Shown: positions 1 to 14,273 of the stretch, piece by piece | Numbering within the stretch: position 1 is the stretch's first letter | Layout: the number at the start of each line of letters is the position of its first letter | Assembly: GCA_964016885.1 (NCBI GenBank) | Contig: OZ024760.1 | Location: forward strand, 34,720,001 to 34,784,000 | Reading direction: 5' to 3' | Length of the DNA: 64,000 bases | Source: Eledone cirrhosa | Taxonomy: Eukaryota | Translations under genes and position numbers: made by a program | The notes under the pieces: model-generated | Seen by the model: the letters and a program-made list of their open reading frames with translations, nothing else | Databases searched by the model: none | Told to the model about the DNA's origin: nothing

Positions 1-3000
1 TCTGGGTTATATTAAAAGGGTTATATCTACACTGGTTTGTCCTGGTTGATATTAAAACGGTTATATCTACACTGTTTTGTCTGGGTTATATTTAAAGGGT
101 TATATCTATACTGTTTTGTCCTGGTTGATATTAAAAGGGTTATATCTACACTGTTTTGTCTGGGTTATATTAAAAGGGTTATATCTACACTGTTTTGTGT
201 GGGTTATATTAAAAGGATTATATCTACATTGTTTTGTCTGGGTTATATTAAAAGGGTTATATCTACACTGTTTTGTCTGGTTGGTATTAAGAGTTATATC
301 TAAGCTGTTATGTCTGGGTTATATTAAAAGGGTTATATCTACACTGTTTTGTCTGGTTGATATTAAAAGGGTTATATCTATACTGTTTTTATTTGGGTTA
401 TATTAAAAGGGTTATAGCTACACTGCTTTGTCCTGGTTGATATTAAAAGAGTTATATCTACACTGTTTTGTCTGGGTTATATTAAAAGGGTTATATCTAC
501 ACTGTTTTGTCTGGGTTATATTAAAAGGGTTATATCTACACTGTTTTGTCTGGGTTATATTAAAAGGGTTATATCTACACTGTTTTGTCTGGGTTACGTT
601 AAAAGGGTTATATCTACACTGGTTTGTCCAGGTTGATATTAAAACGGTTATATCTACACTGTTTTGTCTGGTTTATATTAAAAGGGTTATATCTATACTG
701 TTTTGTCCTGGTGGATATTAAAAGGGTTATTTCTACACTGTTTTGTCTGGTTGGTATTGAAAGGGTTATATCTACACTGTTTGTCTGGGTTATATTAAAA
801 GGGTTATATATACACTGTTTTGTCTTCGTTGATATTAAAAGGGTTATATCTACACTGTTTTGTCTGGGTTATATTAAAAGTTATATCTATACGGTTTTGT
901 CCTGGTTGATATTAAAAGGGTTATATCTACATTGTTTTTGTCTGGGTTATATTAAAAGGGTTATATCTACACTGTTTTGTCTGATTGATATTAAAAGAGT
1001 TATATCTATACTGTTTTGTCTGGGTTATATTAAAAGGGTTATATCTACAGTTTTGTCTAGGTTATATTAAAAGGGTTATATCTACACTGTTTTGTCTGGG
1101 TTATATTAAAAGGGTTATATCTACACTGTTTTGTCTGGGTTATATTGAAAGGGTTATATCTACACTGTTTTGTCTGGTTGATATTAAAAGGGTTATACCT
1201 ACACTGTTTTGTCTGGGTTATATCAAAAGGGTTATATCTATACTGTTTTGTCTGGTTGGTATTAAAAGGGTTATATCTATTCTGTTTGGTCTGGGTTATA
1301 TTAAAAGGGTTATATCTACACTGTTTTGTCCTGGTTGATATTAAAAGGGTTATATCTACACTGTTTTGTCTGGGTTATATTAAAAGGGTTATATCTACAC
1401 TGTTTTGTCTGGTTGATATTAAAAGGGTTATATCTACACTGTTTTGTCTGGGTTATATTAAAAGGGTTATATCTACACTGTTTTGTCTGGTTGATATTAA
1501 AAGGGTTATATCTACACTGGTTTGTCCTGGATGATATTAAAACGGTTATATCTACACTGTTTTGTCTGGGTTATATTTAAAGGGTTATATCTATACTGTT
1601 TTGTCCTGGTTGATATTAAAAGGGTTATATCTACACTGTTTTGTCTGGGTTATATTAAAAGGGTTATATCTACACTGTTTTGTCTGGTTGATATTAAAAG
1701 GGTTATATCTACACTGGTTTGTCCTGGTTGATATTAAAACGGTTATATCTACACTGTTTTGTCTGGGTTATATTTAAAGGGTTATATCTATACTGTTTTG
1801 TCCTGGTTGATATTAAAAGGGTTATATCTACACTGTTTTGTCTGGGTTATATTAAAAGGATTATATCTACACTGTTTTGTGTGGGTTATATTAAAAGGAT
1901 TATATCTACATTGTTTTGTCTGGGTTATATTAAAAGGGTTATATCTACACTGTTTTGTCTGGGTTATATCTACACTGTTTTGTCTTGTTGATATTAAAAG
2001 GGTTATATCTACACTTTTGTCTGGTTGATATTAAAAGGGTTATACCTACACTGTTTTGTCTGGGTTATATCAAAAGGGTTATATCTATACTGTTTTGTCT
2101 GGTTGGTATTAAAAGGGTTATATCTACGCTGTTTTGTCTGGGTTATATTAAAAGGGTTATATCTACACTGTTTTGTCTGGTTGATATTAAAAGGGTTATA
2201 TCTATACTGTTTTTATTTGGGTTATATTAAAAGGGTTATAGCTACACTGCTTTGTCTTAGTTGATATTAAAAGGGTCATATCTACACTGTTTTGTCTGGG
2301 TTATATTAAAAGGGTTATATCTACACTGTGTTGTCTGGGTTATATTGAAAGGGTTATATCTACACTGTTTTGTCTGGTTGATATTAAAAGGGTTATACCT
2401 ACACTGTTTTGTCTGGGTTATATCAAAAGGGTTATATCTATACTGTTTTGTCTGGTTGGTATTAAAAGGGTTATATCTACACTGTTTGGTCTGGGTTATA
2501 TTAAAAGGGTTATATCTACACTGTTTTGTCCTGGTTGATATTAAAAGGGTTATATCTACACTGTTTTGCCTGGGTTATATTAAAAGGGTTATATCTACAC
2601 TGTTTTGTCTGGTTGATATTAAAAGGGTTATATCTACACTGTTTTGTCTGGGTTATATTAAAAGGGTTATATCTACACTGGTTTGTCCTGGTTGATATTA
2701 AAACGGTTATATCTACACTGTTTTGTCTGGGTTATATTTAAAGGGTTATATCTATACTGTTTTGTCCTGGTTGATATTAAAAGGGTTATATCTACACTGT
2801 TTTGTCTGGGTTATATTAAAAGGGTTATATCTACACTGTTTTGTGTGGGTTATATTAAAAGGATTATATCTACATTGTTTTGTCTGGGTTATATTAAAAG
2901 GGTTATATCTACACTGTTTTGTCTGGGTTATATCAAAAGGGTTATATCTATACTGTTTTGTCTGGTTGGTATTAAAAGAGTTATATCTAAGCTGTTATGT

Positions 3001-4040
3001 CTGGGTTATATTAAAAGGGTTATATCTACACTGTTTTGTCTGGTTGATATTAAAAGGGTTATATCTATACTGTTTTTATTTGGGTTATATTAAAAGGGTT
3101 ATAGCTACACTGCTTTGTCCTGGTTGATATTAAAAGAGTTATATCTACACTGTTTTGTCTGGGTTATATTAAAAGGGTCATATCTACACTGTTTTGTCTG
3201 GGTTATATTAAAAGGGTTATATCTACACTGTTTTGTCTGGGTTATATTAAAAGGGTTATATCTACACTGTTTTGTCTGGGTTACGTTAAAAGGGTTATAT
3301 CTACACTGGTTTGTCCAGGTTGATATTAAAACGGTTATATCTGCACTGTTTTGTCTGGTTTATATTAAAAGGGTTATATCTATACTGTTTTGTCCTGGTG
3401 GATATTAAAAGGGTTATTTCTACACTGTTTTGTCTGGTTGGTATTGAAAGGGTTATATCTACACTGTTTGTCTGGGTTATATTAAAAGGGTTATATATAC
3501 ACTGTTTTGTCTTCGTTGATATTAAAAGGGTTATATCTACACTGTTTTGTCTGGGTTATATTAAAAGTTATATCTATACGGTTTTGTCCTGGTTGATATT
3601 AAAAGGGTTATATCTACATTGTTTTTGTCTGGGTTATATTAAAAGGGTTATATCTACACTGTTTTGTCTGATTGATATTAAAAGAGTTATATCTATACTG
3701 TTTTGTCTGGGTTATATTAAAAGGGTTATATCTACAGTTTTGTCTAGGTTATATTAAAAGGGTTATATCTACACTGTTTTGTCTGGGTTATATTAAAAGG
3801 GTTATATCTACACTGTTTTGTCTGGGTTATATTGAAAGGGTTATATCTACACTGTTTTGTCTGATTGATATTAAAAGGGTTATACCTACACTGTTTTGTC
3901 TGGGTTATATCAAAAGGGTTATATCTATACTGTTTTGTCTGGTTGGTATTAAAAGGGTTATATCTACTCTGTTTGGTCTGGGTTATATTAAAAGAGTTAT
4001 ATCTACACTGTTTTGTCCTGGTTGATATTAAAAGGGTTAT
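1..4040 (+). repeat. Higher-order duplication, offset 2646-2687 bp (about 1-1350 repeated at about 2647-4040)
   Basis: Near-identical ORF translations at 428/3115, 624/3311 and 985/3672; shared rare variants (TCTAAGCTGTTATG, GGTTACGTT, TCTTCGTTG). Confidence 0.85.
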
Positions 4041-7000
4041 ATCTACACTGTTTTTGTCTGGGTTATATCAAAAGGGTTATATCTACACTGTTTTGTGTGG
4101 GTTATATCAAAAGGGTTATATCTACACTGTTTTGTGTGGGTTATATTAAAAGGGTTATATCTACACTGTATTGTCTGGGTTATATTAAAAGTGTTATATC
4201 TACACTGTTTTGTCTGGTTGATATTAATAGGGTTATATCTACACTGTTTTGTCCCGGTTGATATTAAAAGGGTTATATCTACACTGTTTTTATTTGGGTT
4301 ATATTAAAAGGGTTATAGCTACACTGCTTTGTCCTAGTTGATATTAAAAGGGTTTTATCTACACTGTTTTGTCTGGGTTATATTAAAAGGGTTATATCTA
4401 CACTGTTTTGTCTGGGTTATATTAAAAGGGTTATATCTACACTGTTTTGTATCGGTTATATTATAAGGGTTATAGCTACACTGTTTTGTCTGGTTGATAT
4501 TAAAAGGGTTATATCTACACTGTTTTGTCTGGGTTATATTAAAAGGGTTATATCTACACTGTTTTGTCTGGGTTATATTAAAAGGGTTATATCTACACTG
4601 GTTTGTCCTGGTTGATATTAAAACGGTTATATCTACACTGTTTTGTCTGGGTTATATTAAAAGGGTTATATCTATACTGTTTTGTCTGGTATATATTAAA
4701 AGGGTTATATCTACACTGTTTTTATCTGGGTTATATTAAAAGGGTTATATCTACACTGTTTTGTCCTGGTTGGTATTCAAAGGGTTATATCTACACTGTT
4801 TTTGTCTGGGTTATATTGAAAGTGTTATATCTACACTGTTTTGGCTGGTTGATATTAAAAGGGCTATACCTACACTGTTTTGTCTGGGTTATATCAAAAG
4901 GGTTATATCTACACTGTTTTGTCTGTTTGCTATTAAAAGGGTTATATCTACACTGTTTTTGTCTGGGTTATATTAAAAGGGTTATATCTACACTGTTTTG
5001 TCCTGGTTGATATTCAAAGGGTTATATCTACACTGTTTTGTCAGGGTTATATCTACACTGTTTTGTCTGGGTTATATTAAAAGGGTTATATCTACACTGG
5101 TTTGTCCTGGTTGATATTAAAACGGTTATATCTACACTGTTTTGTCTGGGTTATATTAAAAGGGTTATATCTACACTGTTTTGTCTGGGTTATATTAAAA
5201 GGCTTATATCTACACTGTGTTGTCTGGGTTATATTAAAAGGGTTATATCTACACTGTTTTATCTGCATTATATTAAAAGGGTTATATCTACACTGTTTTG
5301 TCTGGGTTATATTAAAAGTGTTATATCTACACTGTTTTGTCTAGTTGATATTAAAAGGGTTATATCTACACTGTTTTGTCTGGACTATATTATAAGGGTT
5401 ATATCTATACGGTTTTGTCCTGGTTGATATTAAAAGGGTTATATCTACACTGTTTTGTCTGGTTGATATTAAAAGGGTTATATCTACACTCTTTTGTCTG
5501 GGTTATATTAATAGGGTTATATCAACACTGATTCATCTGGGTTATATTAAAAGGGTTATATCTATACGGTTTTGTCCTGGTTGATATTAAAAGGGTTATA
5601 TCTACACTGTTTTTGTCTGGGTTATATTAAAAGGGTTATATCAACACTGATTCGTCTGGGTTATATTAAAAGGGTTATATCTATACGGTTTTGTCCTGGT
5701 TGATATTAAAAGGGTTATATCTACATTGTTTTTGTCTGGGTTATATTAAAAGGGTTATATCTACACTGTTTTGTCTGGTTGATATTAAAAGAGTTATATC
5801 TATACTGTTTTGTCTGGGTTATATTAAAAGGGTTATATCTACAGTTTTGTCTAGGTTATATTAAAAGGGTTATATCTACACTGCTTTGTCTGGTTGGATA
5901 TTAAAAGGGTTATATCTACACTGTTTTGTCCTGGTTGATATTAAAAGGATTATATCTACACTGTTTTTGTCTTGGTTATATTAAAAGGGTTATATCTACA
6001 CTGTTTTGTCTGGGATGTATTAAAAGGGCTATACCTACACTGTTTTGTCTGGGTTATATCAAAAGGGTTATATCTACACTGTTTTGTCTGGTTGATATTA
6101 AAAGGGTTATATCTACACTGTTTTTCTCTGGGTTATATTAAAAGGGTTATATCTACACTGTTTTGTCCTGGTTGATATTCAAAGGGTTATATCTACACTG
6201 TTTTGTCAGGGTTATATCTACACTGTTTTGTCTGGGTTATATTAAAAGGGTTATATCTACACTGGTTTGTCCTGGTTGATATTATAACGTTTATATCTAC
6301 ACTGTTTTGTCTGGGTTATATTAAAAGGCTTATATCTACACTGTGTTGTCTGGGTTATATTAAAAGGGTTATATCTACACTGTTTTATCTGCATTATATT
6401 AAAAGGGTTATATCTACACTGTTTTTTCTGGGTTATATTAAAAGTGTTATATCTACACTGTTTTGTCTAGTTGATATTAAAAGGGTTATATCTACACTGT
6501 TTTGTCCTGGTTGATATTAAAAGGGTTATATCTACACTGTTTTGTCTGGACTATATTATAAGGGTTATATCTATACGGTTTTGTCCTGGTTGATATTAAA
6601 AGGGTTATATCTACACTGTTTTGTCTGGTTGATATTAAAAGGGTTATATCTACACTGTTTTGTCTGGGTTATATTAATAGGGTTATATCAACACTGATTC
6701 ACCTGGGTTATATTAAAAGGGTTATATCTATATGGTTTTGTCCTGGTTGATATTAAAAGGGTTAGTTCTACACTGTTTTGTCTGGGTTATATTAAAAGGG
6801 TTATATCTACACTGTTTTGTCTGGTTGATATTAAAAGGGTTATATCTACACTGTTTTGTCTGGGTTATATTAAAAGGGTTATATCTACACTGGTTTGTCC
6901 TGGTTGATATTAAAACGGTTATATCTACACTGTTTTGTCTGGGTTATATTTAAAGGGTTATATCTACACCGTTTTGTGTGGGTTATATTAAAAGGGTTAT

Positions 7001-7115
7001 ATCTACATTGTTTTGTCTGGGCTATATTAAAAGGGTTATATCTACAGTTTTGTCTGGGTTATATTAAAAGGGTTATATCTACACTGTTTTTGTTTGGGTT
7101 ATATTAAAAGTGTTA

Positions 7116-7296
7116 ATATAGCGGTGCAGTATCAGTAGAGTCGGACACCATGCTTTGAAGCATAGAGTTACGTCCCTTTATGAAGTGAGTTCAAATTCCG
7201 CCCTGGTTAACTTTGCCTTTCATCCTTACGGGGTCGATAAAATAAAGTACCAGTAATGTACTGGCTAATTGCTGGCCTTGTGCCAAAAGTAGAAAC
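7116..7296 (+). mobile_element. tRNA-derived SINE-like element, copy 1 (haplotype A: 6-bp 5' deletion, 28-bp 3' flank deletion)
   Basis: ATATAGCGGTGCAGTATCAGTAGAGTCGGACACC...GAGTTCAAATTCCGCC (B-box-like)...GCCTTTCATCCTTACGGGGTCGATAAAATAAAGTACCAG...GGCCTTGTGCCAAAAGTAGAAAC. Confidence 0.85.
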
Positions 7297-10242
7297 TGTT
7301 TTGTCTGCTTGATATTACAAGGGCTATATCTACACCGTTTTGTCTGGGTTATATTAAAAGGCTTATATCTACACTGTTTTGTCTGGTTGATATTAAAAGG
7401 GGTATATCTACACTGTTTTGTCTGGGTTATATTAAAGGGGTTATATATACACTGTTTTATCTGGGTTATATTAAAAGGGTTATATCTACACTGTTTTGTC
7501 TGGGTTATATTAAAAGGGTTATATCTACACTGTTTTGTCTGGGTTATATTAAAAGGGTTATATCTACACTGTTTTGTATCGGTTATATTATAAGGGTTAT
7601 AGCTACACTGTTTTGTCTGGTTGATATTAAAAGGGTTATATCTACACTGTTTTGTCTGGGTTATATTAAAAGGGTTATATCTACACTGTTTTGTCTGGGT
7701 TATATTAAAAGGGTTATATCTACACTGGTTTGTCCTGGTTGATATTAAAACGGTTATATCTACACTGTTTTGTCTGGGTTATATTAAAAGGGTTATATCT
7801 ATACTGTTTTGTCTGGTATATATTAAAAGGGTTATATCTACACTGTTTTTATCTGGGTTATATTAAAAGGGTTATATCTACACTGTTTTGTCCTGGTTGG
7901 TATTCAAAGGGTTATATCTACACTGTTTTTGTCTGGGTTATATTGAAAGTGTTATATCTACACTGTTTTGGCTGGTTGATATTAAAAGGGCTATACCTAC
8001 ACTGTTTTGTCTGGGTTATATCAAAAGGGTTATATCTACACTGTTTTGTCTGTTTGCTATTAAAAGGGTTATATCTACACTGTTTTTGTCTGGGTTATAT
8101 TAAAAGGGTTATATCTACACTGTTTTGTCCTGGTTGATATTCAAAGGGTTATATCTACACTGTTTTGTCAGGGTTATATCTACACTGTTTTGTCTGGGTT
8201 ATATTAAAAGGGTTATATCTACACTGGTTTGTCCTGGTTGATATTAAAACGGTTATATCTACACTGTTTTGTCTGGGTTATATTAAAAGGGTTATATCTA
8301 CACTGTTTTGTCTGGGTTATATTAAAAGGCTTATATCTACACTGTGTTGTCTGGGTTATATTAAAAGGGTTATATCTACACTGTTTTATCTGCATTATAT
8401 TAAAAGGGTTATATCTACACTGTTTTGTCTGGGTTATATTAAAAGTGTTATATCTACACTGTTTTGTCTAGTTGATATTAAAAGGGTTATATCTACACTG
8501 TTTTGTCTGGACTATATTATAAGGGTTATATCTATACGGTTTTGTCCTGGTTGATATTAAAAGGGTTATATCTACACTGTTTTGTCTGGTTGATATTAAA
8601 AGGGTTATATCTACACTCTTTTGTCTGGGTTATATTAATAGGGTTATATCAACACTGATTCATCTGGGTTATATTAAAAGGGTTATATCTATACGGTTTT
8701 GTCCTGGTTGATATTAAAAGGGTTATATCTACACTGTTTTTGTCTGGGTTATATTAAAAGGGTTATATCAACACTGATTCGTCTGGGTTATATTAAAAGG
8801 GTTATATCTATACGGTTTTGTCCTGGTTGATATTAAAAGGGTTATATCTACATTGTTTTTGTCTGGGTTATATTAAAAGGGTTATATCTACACTGTTTTG
8901 TCTGGTTGATATTAAAAGAGTTATATCTATACTGTTTTGTCTGGGTTATATTAAAAGGGTTATATCTACAGTTTTGTCTAGGTTATATTAAAAGGGTTAT
9001 ATCTACACTGCTTTGTCTGGTTGGATATTAAAAGGGTTATATCTACACTGTTTTGTCCTGGTTGATATTAAAAGGATTATATCTACACTGTTTTTGTCTT
9101 GGTTATATTAAAAGGGTTATATCTACACTGTTTTGTCTGGGATGTATTAAAAGGGCTATACCTACACTGTTTTGTCTGGGTTATATCAAAAGGGTTATAT
9201 CTACACTGTTTTGTCTGGTTGATATTAAAAGGGTTATATCTACACTGTTTTTCTCTGGGTTATATTAAAAGGGTTATATCTACACTGTTTTGTCCTGGTT
9301 GATATTCAAAGGGTTATATCTACACTGTTTTGTCAGGGTTATATCTACACTGTTTTGTCTGGGTTATATTAAAAGGGTTATATCTACACTGGTTTGTCCT
9401 GGTTGATATTATAACGTTTATATCTACACTGTTTTGTCTGGGTTATATTAAAAGGCTTATATCTACACTGTGTTGTCTGGGTTATATTAAAAGGGTTATA
9501 TCTACACTGTTTTATCTGCATTATATTAAAAGGGTTATATCTACACTGTTTTTTCTGGGTTATATTAAAAGTGTTATATCTACACTGTTTTGTCTAGTTG
9601 ATATTAAAAGGGTTATATCTACACTGTTTTGTCCTGGTTGATATTAAAAGGGTTATATCTACACTGTTTTGTCTGGACTATATTATAAGGGTTATATCTA
9701 TACGGTTTTGTCCTGGTTGATATTAAAAGGGTTATATCTACACTGTTTTGTCTGGTTGATATTAAAAGGGTTATATCTACACTGTTTTGTCTGGGTTATA
9801 TTAATAGGGTTATATCAACACTGATTCACCTGGGTTATATTAAAAGGGTTATATCTATATGGTTTTGTCCTGGTTGATATTAAAAGGGTTAGTTCTACAC
9901 TGTTTTGTCTGGGTTATATTAAAAGGGTTATATCTACACTGTTTTGTCTGGTTGATATTAAAAGGGTTATATCTACACTGTTTTGTCTGGGTTATATTAA
10001 AAGGGTTATATCTACACTGGTTTGTCCTGGTTGATATTAAAACGGTTATATCTACACTGTTTTGTCTGGGTTATATTTAAAGGGTTATATCTACACCGTT
10101 TTGTGTGGGTTATATTAAAAGGGTTATATCTACATTGTTTTGTCTGGGCTATATTAAAAGGGTTATATCTACAGTTTTGTCTGGGTTATATTAAAAGGGT
10201 TATATCTACACTGTTTTTGTTTGGGTTATATTAAAAGTGTTA

Positions 10243-10423
10243 ATATAGCGGTGCAGTATCAGTAGAGTCGGACACCATGCTTTGAAGCATAGAGTTACGT
10301 CCCTTTATGAAGTGAGTTCAAATTCCGCCCTGGTTAACTTTGCCTTTCATCCTTACGGGGTCGATAAAATAAAGTACCAGTAATGTACTGGCTAATTGCT
10401 GGCCTTGTGCCAAAAGTAGAAAC
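10243..10423 (+). mobile_element. SINE-like element, copy 2 (haplotype A)
   Basis: Same sequence as copy 1 at offset 3127. Confidence 0.85.
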
Positions 10424-10829
10424 TGTTTTGTCTGCTTGATATTACAAGGGTTATATCTACACCGTTTTGTCTGGGTTATATTAAAAGGCTTATATCTACA
10501 CTGTTTTGTCTGGTTGATATTAAAAGGGGTATATCTACACTGTTTTGTCTGGGTTATATTAAAGGGGTTATATATACACTGTTTTATCTGGGTTATATTA
10601 AAAGGGTTATATCTACACTATTTTGTCTGGGTTTTATTAAAAGTGTTATATCTACTCTGTTTTGTCTGGTTGATATTAAAAGGGGTATATCTACACTGTT
10701 TTGTCCTGGTTGATATTAAAAGGGTTATATCTACACTGTTTTGTCTGGTTGATATTAAAAGAGTTATATCTATACTGTTTTATCTGGGTTATATTAAAAG
10801 GGTTATATCTACAGCTTTGTCTAGGTTAT

Positions 10830-12150
10830 ATTAAAAGGGTTATATCTACACTGTTTTTGTCTGGGTTATATCAAAAGGGTTATATCTACACTGTTTTGTG
10901 TGGGTTATATCAAAAGGGTTATATCTACACTGTTTTGTGTGGGTTATATTAAAAGGGTTATATCTACACTGTTTTGTCTGGGTTATATTAAAAGGGTTAT
11001 ATCTACACTGTTTTGTCTGGTTGATATTAATAGGGTGATATCTACACTGTTTTGTCCCGGTTGATATTAAAAGGGTTATATCTACACTGTTTTTGTCTGG
11101 GTTATATTAAAAGTGTTATATGTACACTGTTTTGTCCGGGTTGATATTCAAAGTGTTATATCTATACTGTTTTTATTTGGTTTATATTAAAAGGGTTATA
11201 GCTACACTGCTTTGTCCTAGTTGATATTAAAAGGGTTTTATCTACACTGTTTTGTCTGGGTTATATTAAAAGGGTTATATCTACACTGTTTTTGTCTGGG
11301 TTATATCAAAAGGGTTATATCTACACTGTTTTGTGTGGGTTATATCAAAAGGGTTATATCTACACTGTTTTGTGTGGGTTATATTAAAAGGGTTATATCT
11401 ACACTGTTTTGTCTGGGTTATATTAAAAGGGTTATATCTACACTGTTTTGTCTGGTTGATATTAATAGGGTGATATCTACACTGTTTTGTCCCGGTTGAT
11501 ATTAAAAGGGTTATATCTACACTGTTTTTGTCTGGGTTATATTAAAAGTGTTATATGTACACTGTTTTGTCCGGGTTGATATTCAAAGTGTTATATCTAT
11601 ACTGTTTTTATTTGGTTTATATTAAAAGGGTTATAGCTACACTGCTTTGTCCTAGTTGATATTAAAAGGGTTTTATCTACACTGTTTTGTCTGGGTTATA
11701 TTAAAAGGGTTATATCTACACTGTTTTTGTCTGGGTTATATCAAAAGGGTTATATCTACACTGTTTTGTGTGGGTTATATCAAAAGGGTTATATCTACAC
11801 TGTTTTGTGTGGGTTATATTAAAAGGGTTATATCTACACTGTTTTGTCTGGGTTATATTAAAAGGGTTATATCTACACTGTTTTGTCTGGTTGATATTAA
11901 TAGGGTTATATCTACACTGTTTTGTCCCGGTTGATATTAAAAGGGTTATATCTGCACTGTTTTTGTCTGGGTTATATTAAAAGTGTTATATCTACACTGT
12001 TTTGTCCTGGTTGATATTCAAAGTGTTATATCTATACTGTTTTTATTTGGGTTATATTAAAAGGGTTATAGCTACACTGCTTTGTCCTGGTTGATATTAA
12101 AAGGGTTTTATCTACACTGTTTTGTCTGGGTTATATTAAAAGGGTTATAT
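10830..12150 (+). repeat. Tandem higher-order repeat, about 3 x 435 bp (11 monomers)
   Basis: ORFs 11221/11656 identical; TAATAGGGTGATA and TATGTACAC variants recur at 435 bp; third unit slightly diverged; boundaries approximate. Confidence 0.85.
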
Positions 12151-14099
12151 CTACACTGTTTTGTATCGGTTATATTATAAGGGTTATAGCTACACTGTTT
12201 TGTCTGGTTGATATTAAAAGGGTTATATCTACACTGTTTTGTCTGGGTTATATTAAAAGGGTTATATCTACACTGTTTTGTCTGGGTTATATTAAAAGGG
12301 TTATATCTACACTGGTTTGTCCTGGTTGATATTAAAACGGTTATATCTACACTGTTTTGTCTGGGTTATATTAAAAGGGTTATATCTATACTGTTTTGTC
12401 CTGGTTGATATTAAAAGGGTTATATCTACAGTTTTGTCTAGGTTATATTAAAAGGGTTATATCTACACTGCTTTGTCTGGTTGGATATTAAAAGGGTTAT
12501 ATCTACACTGTTTTGTCCTGGTTGATATTAAAAGGATTATATCTACACTGTTTTTGTCTTGGTTATATTAAAAGGGTTATATCTACACTGTTTTGTATGG
12601 GTTATATTAAAAGGGTTATATCTACACTGTTTTGTCTGGGACATATTAAAAGGGCTATACCTACACTGTTTTGTCTGGGTTATATCAAAAGGGTTATATC
12701 TACACTGTTTTGTCTGGTTGATATTAAAAGGGTTATATCTACACTGTTTTTGTCTGGGTTATATTAAAAGGGTTATATCTACACTGTTTTGTCCTGGTTG
12801 ATATTCAAAGGGTTATATCTACACTGTTTTGTCAGGGTTATATCTACACTGTTTTGTCTGGGTTATATTAAAAGGGTTATATCTACACTGGTTTGTCCTG
12901 GTTGATATTATAACGGTTATATCTACACTGTTTTGTCTGGGTTATATTAAAAGGCTTATATCTACACTGTTTTTTCTGGGTATTATTAAAAGGGTTATAT
13001 CTACACTGTTTTATCTGCATTATATTAAAAGGGTTATATCTACACTGTTTTGTCTGGGTTATATTAAAAGTGTTATATCTACACTGTTTTGTTTAGTTGA
13101 TATTAAAAGGGTTATATCTACACTGTTTTGTCCTGGTTGATATTAAAAGGGTTATATCTACACTGTTTTGTCTGGACTATATTATAAGGGTTATATCTAT
13201 ACGGTTTTGTCCTGGTTGATATTAAAAGGGTTATATCTACACTGTTTTGTCTGGTTGATATTAAAAGGGTTATATCTACACTGTTTTGTCTGGGTTATAT
13301 TAATAGGGTTATATCAACACTGATTCACCTGGGTTATATTAAAAGGGTTATATCTATACGGTTTTGTCCTGGTTGATATTAAAAGGGTTATATCTACACT
13401 ATTTTTGTCTGGGTTATATTAAAAGGGTTATATCAACACTGATTCGTCTGGGTTATATTAAAAGGGTTATATCTATACGGTTTTGTCCTGGTTGATATTA
13501 AAAGGGTTATATCTACATTGTTTTTGTCTGGGTTATATTAAAAGGGTTATATCTACACTGTTTTGTCTGGTTGATATTAAAAGAGTTATATCTATACTTT
13601 TTTGTCTGGGTTATATTAAAAGGGTTATATCTACACTGCTTTGTCTGGTTGGATATTAAAAGGGTTATATCTACACTGTTTTGTCACGGATATATTAAAA
13701 GGGTTATGTCTACACTGTTTTGTCTGGGTTATATTGAAAGGGTTATATCTACACTGTTTTGTCTGGTTGATATTAAAAGGGTTATACCTACACTGTTTTG
13801 TCTGGGTTATATCAAAAGGGTTATATCAATACTGTTTTGTCTGGTTGGTATTAAAAGGGTTATATCTACACTGTTTGGTCTGGGTTATATTTAAAGGGTT
13901 ATATCTACACTGTTTTGTCCTGGTTGATATTAAAAGGGTTATATCTACACTGTTTTGTCTGGGTTATATTAAAAGGGTTATATCTACACTGCTTTGTCTG
14001 GTTGGATATTAAAAGGGTTATATCTACACTGTTTTGTCTGGGTTATATTAAAAGGGTTATATCTACACTGTTTTTGTCTGGGTTATATTAAAAGTGTTA

Positions 14100-14273
14100 A
14101 TATAGCGGTGCAGTATCAGTAGAGTCGGACACCATGCTTTGAAGCATAGAGTTACGTCCAAATGAGTTCAAATTCCGCCCCGGTTAACTTTGCCTTTCAT
14201 CCTTACGGGGTCGATAAAATAAAGTACCAGTAATGTACTGGCTAATTGCTGGCCTTGTGCCAAAAGTAGAAAC
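14100..14273 (+). mobile_element. SINE-like element, copy 3 (haplotype A with a private net 7-bp loss before the B box)
   Basis: GTCCAAATGAGTTC replaces GTCCCTTTATGAAGTGAGTTC; retains CCCCGG. Confidence 0.85.

Larger units (their letters stand above)
4356..10619 (+). repeat. Tandem higher-order repeat, 2 x 3127 bp, each unit containing a SINE copy
   Basis: ORF pairs 4494/7621, 5038/8165, 5926/9053 and 6895/10022 are all offset 3127. Confidence 0.93.
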
